Positions 39,331-48,616 of a stretch of 64,000 bases of DNA are shown piece by piece. A program made the position numbers and the translations under genes. The notes under the pieces are model-generated. The model had not been told where the DNA came from. It was given only the letters and a program-made list of their open reading frames with translations, and searched no databases. The first letter of the stretch is position 1. Each line of letters begins with the position of its first letter. The stretch is from NCBI GenBank assembly GCA_019637335.1, contig JAHBVV010000019.1:391-64390 (forward strand). Direction: 5' to 3'. Source of the DNA: Candidatus Hydrogenedentota bacterium. GTDB taxonomy: Bacteria > Hydrogenedentota > Hydrogenedentia > Hydrogenedentales > JAEUWI01.

Positions 39331-39766
39331 CAATTCCTGGAAAATGAGTAATACTTTAGCCGTATGAAGTAAGGCGTTCGCTGATACGAGATGCCTTACT
39401 TGCACTGGATGTATTCGTCATTCCCGCGAAGGCGGGAATCCAGAGGGTTTGCGAGGTTAACGTTGCATGATCTCTGGATCCCCACTTTCGTGGGGATGAC
39501 GGTTTTCGATCACCGAAAGCCGCCACCGTTGGGTGCGACGAGGGTGACTACTTCAGACGACTAAAGAATTTCGAAAATGAGACGTATCGATCGTATCGGA
39601 CCAATCGGCCCTATGTTCGAAACCAGCAACGCGTGCACGTCTCCAATCGACCAATTGGCCCCATTCTCCCCTCGCCATTGCCGCCCGCTATGCGGTATCC
39701 TGTTTCCGTGCTCGCGCACCGGCGAGTCCCGAGAGCAATATCCACGAACAGTGAAGCGGCAGCGCC

Positions 39767-41683
39767 ATGTCCAATCTCCACCAGCACCTCCAGCAACATT
39801 TCGGCTTCGAGGCCTTCCTCGACGGCCAGGAACCGGCCATCGCACGCCTGCTCGACGGTAAGTCCGTCCTCGCCATCTTCCCCACCGGCGGCGGCAAGAG
39901 CATGTGCTATCAGCTCCCCGCGCTCCTGCTCGACGGCCTCACGCTCGTCATCTCGCCCCTCATCGCCCTCATGAAGGACCAGCTCGACTTTCTCAACCGC
40001 CACGGCGTGCCCGCCGCGCGCCTGGATTCCACCCTGACCCGCGAGGAAAACCTCAAGCTCTTCGACGATCTGAATTCCGGCGCGCTGAAGCTCCTGTACA
40101 TCGCCCCCGAGCGCCTCGGCAACGAGCGCTTCCTCAAATCCATCGCCCGCCGCAATATCGCGCTCCTCGCCATCGACGAGGCCCACTGCATTTCGGAATG
40201 GGGCCACAATTTCCGCCCGGACTACCTCAAGATTGCGCGCCTCGCAAAGGAGTTGCGGGTCGAGCGTGTCCTGGCGCTCACCGCCACCGCCACACCCGCC
40301 GTCGCGGACGACGTGCGGGCCGCTTTCGATATCGCGAAGGAGGACGAAGTACACACCGGCTTCTACCGGCCCAACCTGAAGCTCAGCGTGGTCCCGTGCA
40401 CCGCCCGCGAGCGGGACGCGTCCCTGCTGGAGCGGATTCAGCGGCGTCCCCCCGGCCCCGCCATCGTCTACGTCACGCTCCAGAAGACCGCCGAGGCCGT
40501 CGCGGAATTCCTCGCGCGCCACGGGCTCGACGCGACCGCCTACCACGCCGGCCTGAAGCCCGAGGACCGCACGGCTATCCAGGACCGCTTCATGGCCTCG
40601 GAGAACAGCATTATCGTGGCCACCATCGCCTTCGGCATGGGCGTGGACAAGTCCAATATCCGCTACGTGTACCACTACAACCTCCCCAAGAGCCTCGAAA
40701 GTTACAGCCAGGAGATCGGCCGCGCCGGGCGCGACGGGCGCACGTCGGTCTGCGAAATGCTGGCCTGCCCCGCCGACGCCACCGTGCTGGACAACTTCTC
40801 CTACGGCGACACCCCGGAGCCCGACGCCGTGGCGGGTCTCGCGCGGCATTTGTGCGGCGCGGGCGAATCCTTCGACATCTCCGAGTACGACCTGTCCCAC
40901 GAGTTCGACGCGCGCCCGCTCGTCGTGCGCACCCTCATCACCTACCTTGAGCTCGATGGCCTCATCGCGTCCACGGGTCCCTTCTACACGGAGTACAAGT
41001 TCCAGCCGCAGCGCCCATCCGCGGAGATCTTCGCGCAGGTCAGCGGCGAACGCTCGGAATTCCTCAAAAAGATCTTCCGCTTCGCGAAGAAGGGCCCGAA
41101 ATGGTTCACGCTCGACATCGCCCGCGTCGCCGAGACCATTGGCGAGCCGCGCGACCGTATCGTTGCCGCGCTCACCTTCCTGGAAGAGCGGGGCGACCTC
41201 ATCGTGCAGGTGGCGGGACTGCGCCAGGGCTACCGCAGGTTACGCGAGCCCGACGATCTGGAGGCACTCATCGAATCCCTCAACCAGCGCTTCCAGCAGC
41301 GCGAGGGGAACGATATCGCGCGGACGCGCCAGGTGCTCGACTACGCGGCAGGCGCCGGTTGTCTCACGCGCCGCCTGCTCGCCCACTTCGGCGAGGAGCG
41401 CGGCGACTGCGGCCACTGCGACCGGTGCAAAGGCGTCCCCCGCGATCCCCTGCCCGATCTGCCCGCCGCGCAATTCAATGGGGAGGACGAGGCCCGTGTG
41501 CGCGCGCTCCTGGCGCAGCGGCGCGATGCCCTGGCCAGCCCGAGGCAGGTCGCCCGCTTCCTCTGCGGCATCAGCTCCCCCCGGGCCACCCGCGCGAAGC
41601 TGCACAAGGACACCCTCTTCGGCGTCTACGAGCACGCGCCGTTTCGGGACGTGCTCGATTTCGTGGAGGGGCTCGGGGGCTGA
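39767..41683 (+). CDS. recQ: ATP-dependent DNA helicase RecQ
   Basis: Motifs are GQEPAIARLL, PTGGGKSMCYQLPAL, DEAHCISEWGHNFRPDY, ALTATAT and FGMGVDKSNIRYVYHYNLPKSLESYSQEIGRAGRDG. A C-terminal RQC-like region with a Cys cluster (CGHCDRC) is also present. Confidence 0.9.
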   Translation: MSNLHQHLQQHFGFEAFLDGQEPAIARLLDGKSVLAIFPTGGGKSMCYQLPALLLDGLTLVISPLIALMKDQLDFLNRHGVPAARLDSTLTREENLKLFDDLNSGALKLLYIAPERLGNERFLKSIARRNIALLAIDEAHCISEWGHNFRPDYLKIARLAKELRVERVLALTATATPAVADDVRAAFDIAKEDEVHTGFYRPNLKLSVVPCTARERDASLLERIQRRPPGPAIVYVTLQKTAEAVAEFLARHGLDATAYHAGLKPEDRTAIQDRFMASENSIIVATIAFGMGVDKSNIRYVYHYNLPKSLESYSQEIGRAGRDGRTSVCEMLACPADATVLDNFSYGDTPEPDAVAGLARHLCGAGESFDISEYDLSHEFDARPLVVRTLITYLELDGLIASTGPFYTEYKFQPQRPSAEIFAQVSGERSEFLKKIFRFAKKGPKWFTLDIARVAETIGEPRDRIVAALTFLEERGDLIVQVAGLRQGYRRLREPDDLEALIESLNQRFQQREGNDIARTRQVLDYAAGAGCLTRRLLAHFGEERGDCGHCDRCKGVPRDPLPDLPAAQFNGEDEARVRALLAQRRDALASPRQVARFLCGISSPRATRAKLHKDTLFGVYEHAPFRDVLDFVEGLGG

Positions 41684-41705
41684 TGCTGGGGCGCGCTGGG
41701 GACAG

Positions 41706-41948
41706 CGTGGACGGAGTGGACGGAGTGGACGGCGTGGACGGCGTGGACGGAGTGGACGGAGTGGACGGAGTGGACGAGGTGGACGGACTGGACGGAGTGG
41801 ACGGAGTGGACGGAGTGGACGGAGTGGACGGAGTGGACGAGGTGGACGAGGTGGACGAGGTGGACGAGGTGGACGAGGTGGACGAGGTGGACGAGGTGGA
41901 CGAGGTGGACGAGGTGGACGAGGTGGACGGAATGGATCGAGCCATTAT
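41706..41948 (+). repeat. perfect tandem array of ~27 copies of the 9-bp unit GTGGACGRR. In the frame overlapping the recQ stop it is translatable as (VDG)n(VDE)n
   Basis: Direct reading: GTGGACGGA x7, GTGGACGAG, ..., GTGGACGAG x10. It is followed by reverse-complement half-units (CCGTCCAC). Confidence 0.9.
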
Positions 41949-42060
41949 GGCGCGCGTCCACCCGGTCCATGCTGTCCACCCCCGTCCACAGGGCTTGCAA
42001 AAGAAGCGGCCCCGCATAGCGGAGCCGCAAAACCAACTGAGATAGCGCCAGCTCCCGCCC

Positions 42061-43305
42061 CTATGGCGCGGTATACTCGCTCACATCCAGCACATACACC
42101 TGCCGCGTATCCCCCTCGTGCATGGAGTCGATCGCGATCGTGCGCCCGTCGCGGCTCCACGCGGGGTGAAGGTCGCAGCGCCACTCGTTTTCGCTCGGCT
42201 TCGGTCGGTAGAACTGGCCCAGGTCCACCCGCTTCCCGTCGCTCACGCGATAAAGATACAAGTGCTGCATCTTGTTCTTGTCCGGGTAGGTGTCGGAAAG
42301 AATCCATTTCCGGTCCGGCGAGTACGTGCAGTGCCCGTCGCGCGCCAGCACCCCATCGCCGATCACCGTCATCGCGTCGGACTGATCCCGGTACAGGATG
42401 AAGCGGTCGCCAATGTCCGGCTCGCGCGACCACGCCAGAATATGCTCCGGATCCCGCCAGATGAAGTGGCTCACCATCCCGTGGTCGGCCACCACGTGGA
42501 GGTTTCCGCCATTCGCGTCCGCCGTAAACATCCGCGTCGTGCGCGCTGTCGATCCCGGCTCGTTGTGCACGCGATGCAGAAACGTATACCGGCTTCCGTC
42601 CATGTTGTAAAGCAGGTGGTTAAACCAGTGCTTGCCCGCCGGCTTCGCCTCCTGTGGGATCGCCGCCGCCTGCGCGTAGGAAAAAAGCAACTCGGATTCG
42701 CCCGTCTCCAGGTTCATGCGCCAGATGCCGTCGCCCTCCGGCGCAAACTGCTCTGCAAGCGGGTCCACTCCGCCGTGGTAGCCGTAGCCCGGGCGCGTGT
42801 CCTGTATCCGCGCGAAGTTCACGCTCAGGCCCCACTTCCCGTCCGGGCTCACGCAATAGATCGCCCGCGGAAGTTTTCGGCGCTCGCCGCTGAACACATC
42901 CTGGATATACGAGACGAATGCCTCGCCGTCGCGGTCGTTGTAGATCACCTCCGAGTCGCTGCCCGGCAGCCATTGAAGCATGCAGCCCTGCTGCCAGCTC
43001 CAGGCACGGCTTTCGCCCAGGGGGATCCAGTGATCGCCGTCCTCCAGGTCCACCATACCCAGTTGGATGGCGTCGTCGGGGTTGGGCGTGCGGTCTTCGA
43101 AGCCCACCTGCATGGCCAACAGATAGCGGCCCGACGGATCGAACTGCTCCTTGTCGTAATAGCCGAACCAGTGGGCTTTGCCGGAGGTGACGGCGCGGAT
43201 GGGCACAATACATTCCGACCGTGCGCCCGTCTCCGGGATTTGCGTCCCGGCGCGAAGCGGAAAAGCGAACCCCGCCAGCAATACGATAATACAAGCCGTC
43301 CTCAT
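42061..43305 (-). CDS. secreted beta-propeller protein, oligogalacturonide-lyase-like/TolB-like (paralog 1)
   Basis: Signal peptide, then WFGYYDKEQFDPSGRYLL... and a C-terminal CDLHPAWSRDGRTIAIDS. 60-65% identical to the adjacent paralog. Confidence 0.45.
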   Translation of the reverse strand: MRTACIIVLLAGFAFPLRAGTQIPETGARSECIVPIRAVTSGKAHWFGYYDKEQFDPSGRYLLAMQVGFEDRTPNPDDAIQLGMVDLEDGDHWIPLGESRAWSWQQGCMLQWLPGSDSEVIYNDRDGEAFVSYIQDVFSGERRKLPRAIYCVSPDGKWGLSVNFARIQDTRPGYGYHGGVDPLAEQFAPEGDGIWRMNLETGESELLFSYAQAAAIPQEAKPAGKHWFNHLLYNMDGSRYTFLHRVHNEPGSTARTTRMFTADANGGNLHVVADHGMVSHFIWRDPEHILAWSREPDIGDRFILYRDQSDAMTVIGDGVLARDGHCTYSPDRKWILSDTYPDKNKMQHLYLYRVSDGKRVDLGQFYRPKPSENEWRCDLHPAWSRDGRTIAIDSMHEGDTRQVYVLDVSEYTAP

Positions 43306-44576
43306 CGCGAGCCCTCCGGATCCGTATATTCACTCACATCGAGCAAGTGCACCTGCCGCTTGCCGTCCAGGTACATCGCGTCAATGGCGACCGTCCTTCC
43401 GTCGCGGCTCCAGCCAGGGTGAAGATCGCAACGCCATTCGTTGTCGCTCGGCTTGGGCCGGTAGATCTGCGCCAACTCGATGAAGCGCTTGTCCTCCAGG
43501 TTGTACAGGTACAGGTGGTGCAGGTTGTTCTTGTCCGGATACGTGTCCGTAAGCATCCACTTGCGGTCCGGCGAATACGTGCAGTGCCCGTCGCGCGTGA
43601 AAACCTCCGCCCCGACGATCTCCTTCTCCTCGCTCTGGTCCCGGTACAGATAGTACGCGTCGCCCGTGTCCGGCTCCCGGCTCCACGCCAGAATATGCGC
43701 CGGGTCGCGCCAGATGAAATGGCTCACCATCCCGTGATCCGCCACAATGTGCAGGCCGCCACCGCCCGAGTCCGCCGTAAACATCCGCGTGGTCCAGCGG
43801 TTTTTCACGTCCAGCTCGTTGTGCGCGCGGTGGAGAAAAATGAAGCGGCTCCCGTCCGTGTTGTAGAGCAGGTGGTTGAACCAGTGCTTTCCGGACGGCG
43901 CCTTCTCCTGCGGGATCGCGGCAATATCGGCATACGAAAATAGCAGCGTCGATTCGCCGCTCGCCAGATCGACCGACCAGATCCCGTCCCCTTCCGGCGC
44001 GAGCTGATCCGCAACCGGATCCACCCCGCCCGCGTAGCCGTAGCCCGGGCGCGTATCCTGGATCCGCGTAAAATTGACGCTCAGCGCGCGCTTGCCATCC
44101 GGGCTCAGCGTATAGATCGGGCGGGGCAACACCCGCTTCTCCCGCGTAAACACATCCAGGATCACCGCCACATGCCGATCGCCCTCGATCGTGTTGTAGA
44201 TGATCTCCGAGTCCGACCCCGGTATCCACTGAAGCATGCACCCCTGCTGCCATCCCCACGCAGTGCTTTCCCCGAGCGGGATCCACGTATCCCCCTCCGC
44301 CGTGTCCACCATGCCGATGACGATCGCGTCGTCCACCGTCGGCGACCGGTCCTCAAAGCCCACCTCCATCGCAAGCACATAGCGGTCCGACGGATCGAAC
44401 TGTTCCTTGTCGTAATAGCCGAACCAGTGCGCCTTCCCGCTCGTGATGGCGCGAATGGGAACAATACACTGTATCTTCTCGCCGGTCTCCGGGATCTGGG
44501 CGCCCGAAGGCAGCATCCCCGCAAGCAGTACGCCCAGCACGGCGCCCATTCGGTTTACACGCGCGATATGTTTCAT
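43302..44576 (-). CDS. secreted beta-propeller protein, oligogalacturonide-lyase-like/TolB-like (paralog 2)
   Basis: SD GGAGAG lies 6 nt upstream of ATG (MKHIARVNRMGAVLGVLLAGMLPSGA). Its stop overlaps the start of paralog 1 (ATGA). Confidence 0.45.
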   Translation of the reverse strand: MKHIARVNRMGAVLGVLLAGMLPSGAQIPETGEKIQCIVPIRAITSGKAHWFGYYDKEQFDPSDRYVLAMEVGFEDRSPTVDDAIVIGMVDTAEGDTWIPLGESTAWGWQQGCMLQWIPGSDSEIIYNTIEGDRHVAVILDVFTREKRVLPRPIYTLSPDGKRALSVNFTRIQDTRPGYGYAGGVDPVADQLAPEGDGIWSVDLASGESTLLFSYADIAAIPQEKAPSGKHWFNHLLYNTDGSRFIFLHRAHNELDVKNRWTTRMFTADSGGGGLHIVADHGMVSHFIWRDPAHILAWSREPDTGDAYYLYRDQSEEKEIVGAEVFTRDGHCTYSPDRKWMLTDTYPDKNNLHHLYLYNLEDKRFIELAQIYRPKPSDNEWRCDLHPGWSRDGRTVAIDAMYLDGKRQVHLLDVSEYTDPEGSR

Positions 44577-44795
44577 CACTATTCTCTCCATCTTGGAACC
44601 AAACGATAATCGGGCAACCATACCACGCCATTCCCCTCCCGGCCAAGCCCTTGCGAATCCCGGATCGCCGCGCTACAATGCCCGGATTGGCGGCCGGCGG
44701 CAGTCCGGCCCAAACCCGGCGCCGGAAGTCCGCCCCGGTCTCGAATCCATACCTGCCTTGTAGCAATCTAGTGTTCTCTCACGAAAGGAATTCGC

Positions 44796-46595
44796 ATGCA
44801 CCGCCTTTCCCTCCTGCTCGGCCTCCTGCTCATAACCGGCCTGGCGAACGCCCACGTCGGCAACCACCCGTCCATACACGACGCCGTCGCCGGAATTATC
44901 GAGCGCTTCCAGCAAACGATGGACCCCGAAGCCCTGAAGTCCATCACTGTCGACCAGGTCCATGAGGCGCTCACGCCCGATGAGCGCGAAACCCTGGGCG
45001 CCCACCACATCACCTTTCGCGTGAATGTCCCCGTTACCGTCTACCTCTGCCGCGAGGCCTCGCAGGAGGAGGTCGTCTTCTGGCTGGGGGAGCGCGGTTT
45101 TGAGAAAACCGCCGACACCGTCAAGACCAGCGGCGGCCCCTTCGAAGTCTGGCGTAAGGACTTCCCCGCGGGCGAAGTCGGGCTCGGCGTAAATTCGCTC
45201 AGCGGCGACGGAAACCACTACTTCGCCGCCATCGTGCCGAAAAACGCGGGCGACAAGGTGGAACTGAGCGACATCTACCCCGGCCAGCACACGGCCGGCG
45301 TCTTCGAGCCCGGCGCGCGGACCTACATCAGCTGGAACAACAACGCCATCACCGAGGTTCCCCGGGCCCTCAAGGGACAGGTCCTCCTGCGCGGCAACGA
45401 AAACGCCCGCCGCTCCGCACGCCTCACCAGCGTGTACAACACGACCATGTACCCGGCCACGGCGACGCCGGACCAGATCACCCTTACCTGGGCAAGCGAT
45501 CCCCGCACCACGCAGGCCATCCAGTGGCGCACGAGCACCGAAGTGAGCCAGGGCGTCGTCCGCTACCGCGTGAAGAAGACCCCCGGCGCGGAAGTCGCCG
45601 ATCCGTGGATTACCGTGGCCGCGCAGATGTCGGTCCTCGAAAACCACAACACCCTCAATGACCCCGTCTGCCACCGTTTCTCCGTGAACCTGGTCGGCCT
45701 CGAAGCTTCCACCACCTACGAGTACGTCGTCGGCGACGGCACGCCCGCCGGCTGGGTCCTTCCCAGCGAGTTCACAACGGCCCCCGACAAGACCACGCCC
45801 TTCAAGTTCATCTACATGGGCGACGCCCAGAACGGCCTCGACACCTGGGGCAAGGTCGTTCGCGGCGCGCACGCCGCCGAGCCCGACGCCGCCTTCTACG
45901 TCATGGCGGGCGACCTGGTCAACCGCGGCAACCAGCGCGACGACTGGGATCACTTCTTCTTCAACGCCGATGGCGTGTACAACAATAAGCAGCTCGTGCC
46001 CGCCATCGGCAACCACGAAGACCAGGGCGACATGGGCCCGTGGATGTATCTTTCGCTGTTCGACCTGCCAAAGAACGGGCCGGAGGGCGTGACGCCCGAG
46101 CGGGTCTACAGCTTCACGTACAGCAACGCCCTCTTCCTCGTGCTGGACTCGAATGTCGCGCCGGCCGACCAGGTGGAGTGGATCGAAGAGCAACTCAAAA
46201 ACTCCGACGCCACCTGGAAATTCGCCATCTACCACCACCCCGCCTACTCTTCCGGCCCCCGGCGGGACAACCTCGAAGTGCGCGAGTTGTGGGGCGCCCT
46301 CTTCGACAAGTACCATGTCGATCTCGCGCTGCAAGGCCATGACCACGCCTACCTGCGCACCTGGCCGATGCGCGGCGGCAAGAAAGTGGACTCCCCCGCC
46401 GAAGGCACCATCTACATCGTCTCCAATTCCGGCGCGAAGTTCTACGACCAGGGCGAATTCGACTACACCGAGGTGGGCCTGACGAACCTCTCCATGTACC
46501 AGGTGCTCGACCTCCGCATCGACGGCAACAAGCTCAGCTACAAGGCCTACGACATCGAAGGCAACCTCCGCGACGAGTTCGTCATTGAGAAGTAA
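44796..46595 (+). CDS. purple acid phosphatase family metallophosphoesterase (secreted)
   Basis: Signal peptide and PAP N-terminal Fn3-like domain. Metallophosphatase motifs are GDAQNG, GDLVNRG, GNHED and GHDHAY. Confidence 0.8.
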   Translation: MHRLSLLLGLLLITGLANAHVGNHPSIHDAVAGIIERFQQTMDPEALKSITVDQVHEALTPDERETLGAHHITFRVNVPVTVYLCREASQEEVVFWLGERGFEKTADTVKTSGGPFEVWRKDFPAGEVGLGVNSLSGDGNHYFAAIVPKNAGDKVELSDIYPGQHTAGVFEPGARTYISWNNNAITEVPRALKGQVLLRGNENARRSARLTSVYNTTMYPATATPDQITLTWASDPRTTQAIQWRTSTEVSQGVVRYRVKKTPGAEVADPWITVAAQMSVLENHNTLNDPVCHRFSVNLVGLEASTTYEYVVGDGTPAGWVLPSEFTTAPDKTTPFKFIYMGDAQNGLDTWGKVVRGAHAAEPDAAFYVMAGDLVNRGNQRDDWDHFFFNADGVYNNKQLVPAIGNHEDQGDMGPWMYLSLFDLPKNGPEGVTPERVYSFTYSNALFLVLDSNVAPADQVEWIEEQLKNSDATWKFAIYHHPAYSSGPRRDNLEVRELWGALFDKYHVDLALQGHDHAYLRTWPMRGGKKVDSPAEGTIYIVSNSGAKFYDQGEFDYTEVGLTNLSMYQVLDLRIDGNKLSYKAYDIEGNLRDEFVIEK

Positions 46596-46599
46596 TTCC

Positions 46600-46635
46600 A
46601 GAATATCCAATCTTGTCATTTCAAGGGCGCAACTC
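46600..46635 (+). terminator. rho-independent terminator after the phosphatase gene
   Basis: GGGCGCAAC-TCGGTT-GTTGCGCC hairpin followed by TTTGTTG. Confidence 0.6.
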
Positions 46636-46927
46636 GGTTGTTGCGCCTTTGTTGTGTCTGATCTTACGCTGGCGCCGCCTCCAGAGATACGACCCAGTCG
46701 CGAACTTGCCTACCGCCGATAAGCTATCGCTTCTGGCATGGTGTTCCTGCGTTTGGATTTTCCCTTCCAGTCTTAACGCCTTACGTTAACCCAGCAATAC
46801 TAAACCTCAATTGAAGTACTCGACCGCTCCCGTAAATCTGGCCCGTCTCAGTTTCGGCCGGGACATTTTCTTGCGTTGACGTACACCTCGCTGTGTTACA
46901 CTGGCAATTGCCAAGGAGACCGACGCC

Positions 46928-47581
46928 ATGAACTTTCGAAGCACCGCCCCAGCGTCCATTTTATTCCTCTTCGCCCCGGTCGCGATTATGGCGCTGTTCG
47001 CCATCATGCTCTTCCTTTCCCAACTTGCCCATGCGGCGGCGAAGCGTGAGGAGGCCAAGCCCGGAGACTTCGAACTGAAGCTCTCCGCGGACAAGGCCGA
47101 ATACCGGGTGGGGGAGCCCCCCCGTCTGTCCGCGATAGTGACCAACAAATCCGGCAAAGAGGTCCTGCTAGTGCCCGCCCTGGACGGCTCCGATATGGGA
47201 CGGTACCCGGCCGTTCGATTTACGGTAACGCGTCCGCAAGACGCGCCGCCCCCCGAGATGCTCGGGAGGTGCGGCAACACCAATAATATCCAGCCGGGCG
47301 ATTTTGTAAGGGTGGAAAAGGGCGGAAGTCTCGACGTCGCGGCCGCGTGGGTGGCCCCCCGCGAGCGCCTGTTCAATGCGCCCGGAACCTACACCATTGC
47401 GGTGACCTATGATACCAGTGCAGGGAATAAGAGCTGGTACGGGTTCATGGGGGTATTGAAGGGGAAGAGGGAAATTGACCGGCTGCTGGCCCAGGTCCCC
47501 AAACTGAGTTTGAAGAGCAACGAAATAACGATTACCTACAGCGCCAAGCCGCCCGCGCGAGTGCTATCCGCGCCCGAATAG
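46928..47581 (+). CDS. hypothetical secreted/membrane-anchored protein
   Basis: N-terminal hydrophobic segment and a predicted beta-rich region. Preceded by a low-GC leader with TTGACG...TGtTACACT promoter-like elements at 46868-46895. Confidence 0.4.
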   Translation: MNFRSTAPASILFLFAPVAIMALFAIMLFLSQLAHAAAKREEAKPGDFELKLSADKAEYRVGEPPRLSAIVTNKSGKEVLLVPALDGSDMGRYPAVRFTVTRPQDAPPPEMLGRCGNTNNIQPGDFVRVEKGGSLDVAAAWVAPRERLFNAPGTYTIAVTYDTSAGNKSWYGFMGVLKGKREIDRLLAQVPKLSLKSNEITITYSAKPPARVLSAPE

Positions 47582-48616
47582 GAACGCATGCGCCCCGCGC
47601 GCTACCGCCTCGCGGCCGGTCGGCGAAGTGCGAGCCGCGGGTCATCTCGCGGTCGCATCTGATCGCGGTCTCCGGATTCGACCGCCACCGAGAATCCGCC
47701 CCGGACCCACAGCCGGGCTATGGCCCTCGGATTTTCAGCTTGTTTGTTTCCCGCAGTTCATGCTAGACTCCACGAGTTAGTTCACTGGTTCTGTTCCGGC
47801 CCCAAAGCCGGCGACAGATGAAATGGGAACCCGCGCACACGGCGTCTGCTGATCGTGCGGCCTCAACACCGGAGCCTCTCCGGCGTTGACTGGCGTGAGA
47901 ATCCGGGACTGCCCCGCAGCGGTATTCAGGAACGACCGCCGTCCGATGAGCGCATCGCTCAGGGAAAGCACTGGCCCGACAGGGCCGGGAAGCGACGGCC
48001 AGTAGAGATCCACGAAACACATCGTGGCCCGCCTGAGAGTCCGAAGACCTGCCCGTGGATGGAGGTGCCGATTATAGGTGCCGGCTGCGATAAGGCCTTC
48101 GCGGGAAAGGCTGTTGTGGCGTTGCGGATCCGTGCCCCGGGCGCATCACGACTTCGTGCCGTGACTCCGAGGCAAAGGGTAATCTTGCAGCTCACTTCGC
48201 CCTCCCCGATCAATTCCCTGTCGCCGCGGCTCCATCCGGCCCCCCCGAACAATTGGTTTCCGCAGCCCCCCCACACGGGGTGTCTGCGGGGTTCTTCATC
48301 GCCAGGTCGATGCGGAACCGGATCCTCGCGGGTAGGGCCCGACCGGAGTATAGCGAACTGTTCCGTCACGTCATCGGCCGTGGCGGTGCGGCGCGCCGTA
48401 CCCCCATCGCCAGACCCGCCATCCGGTCACCCCGCATCGCCGGGCCCGCAGCGCCGGCCTCCATCCCGCTGGCGCGGAAAGGAGTGATCGGTTCGTCGGC
48501 GCCTTGAACGGGCACAATTGCGGCGCATTTTGCGGGCCGCGCCGCCGCGACAAGCGCCCGTTTAACCTTTTTCCACTCGCGTACTATCGGTCGTGAGTAT
48601 TGGAGCATTGCAGCTA

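Noticed and set aside
39380-39500. Possible CRISPR repeat (GTCATTCCCGCGAAGGCGGGAATCC resembles CRISPR-repeat hairpins)
   Set aside because: Only two inverted, non-identical copies are present, with no spacer-repeat periodicity. It is kept as a structured-element finding instead.
41706-41948. CRISPR array
   Set aside because: The 9-bp units are contiguous and have no spacers, so this is a simple tandem repeat.
41101-42045. 314-aa plus-strand ORF overlapping the recQ 3' end
   Set aside because: The 5' part is an out-of-frame overlap of recQ. Only the segment from the TGATG at 41683 onward is considered, as a possible repeat-encoded peptide (see findings).
44621-44796. tRNA-like GTCTCGAATCC motif in the intergenic region
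   Set aside because: The flanking sequence does not form acceptor or anticodon stems. It is likely promoter or leader sequence for the phosphatase gene.
47855-48487. 210-aa ORF in the gene-poor region
   Set aside because: It has no plausible RBS, a P/R/S-rich composition, and overlapping opposite-strand ORFs of similar quality.
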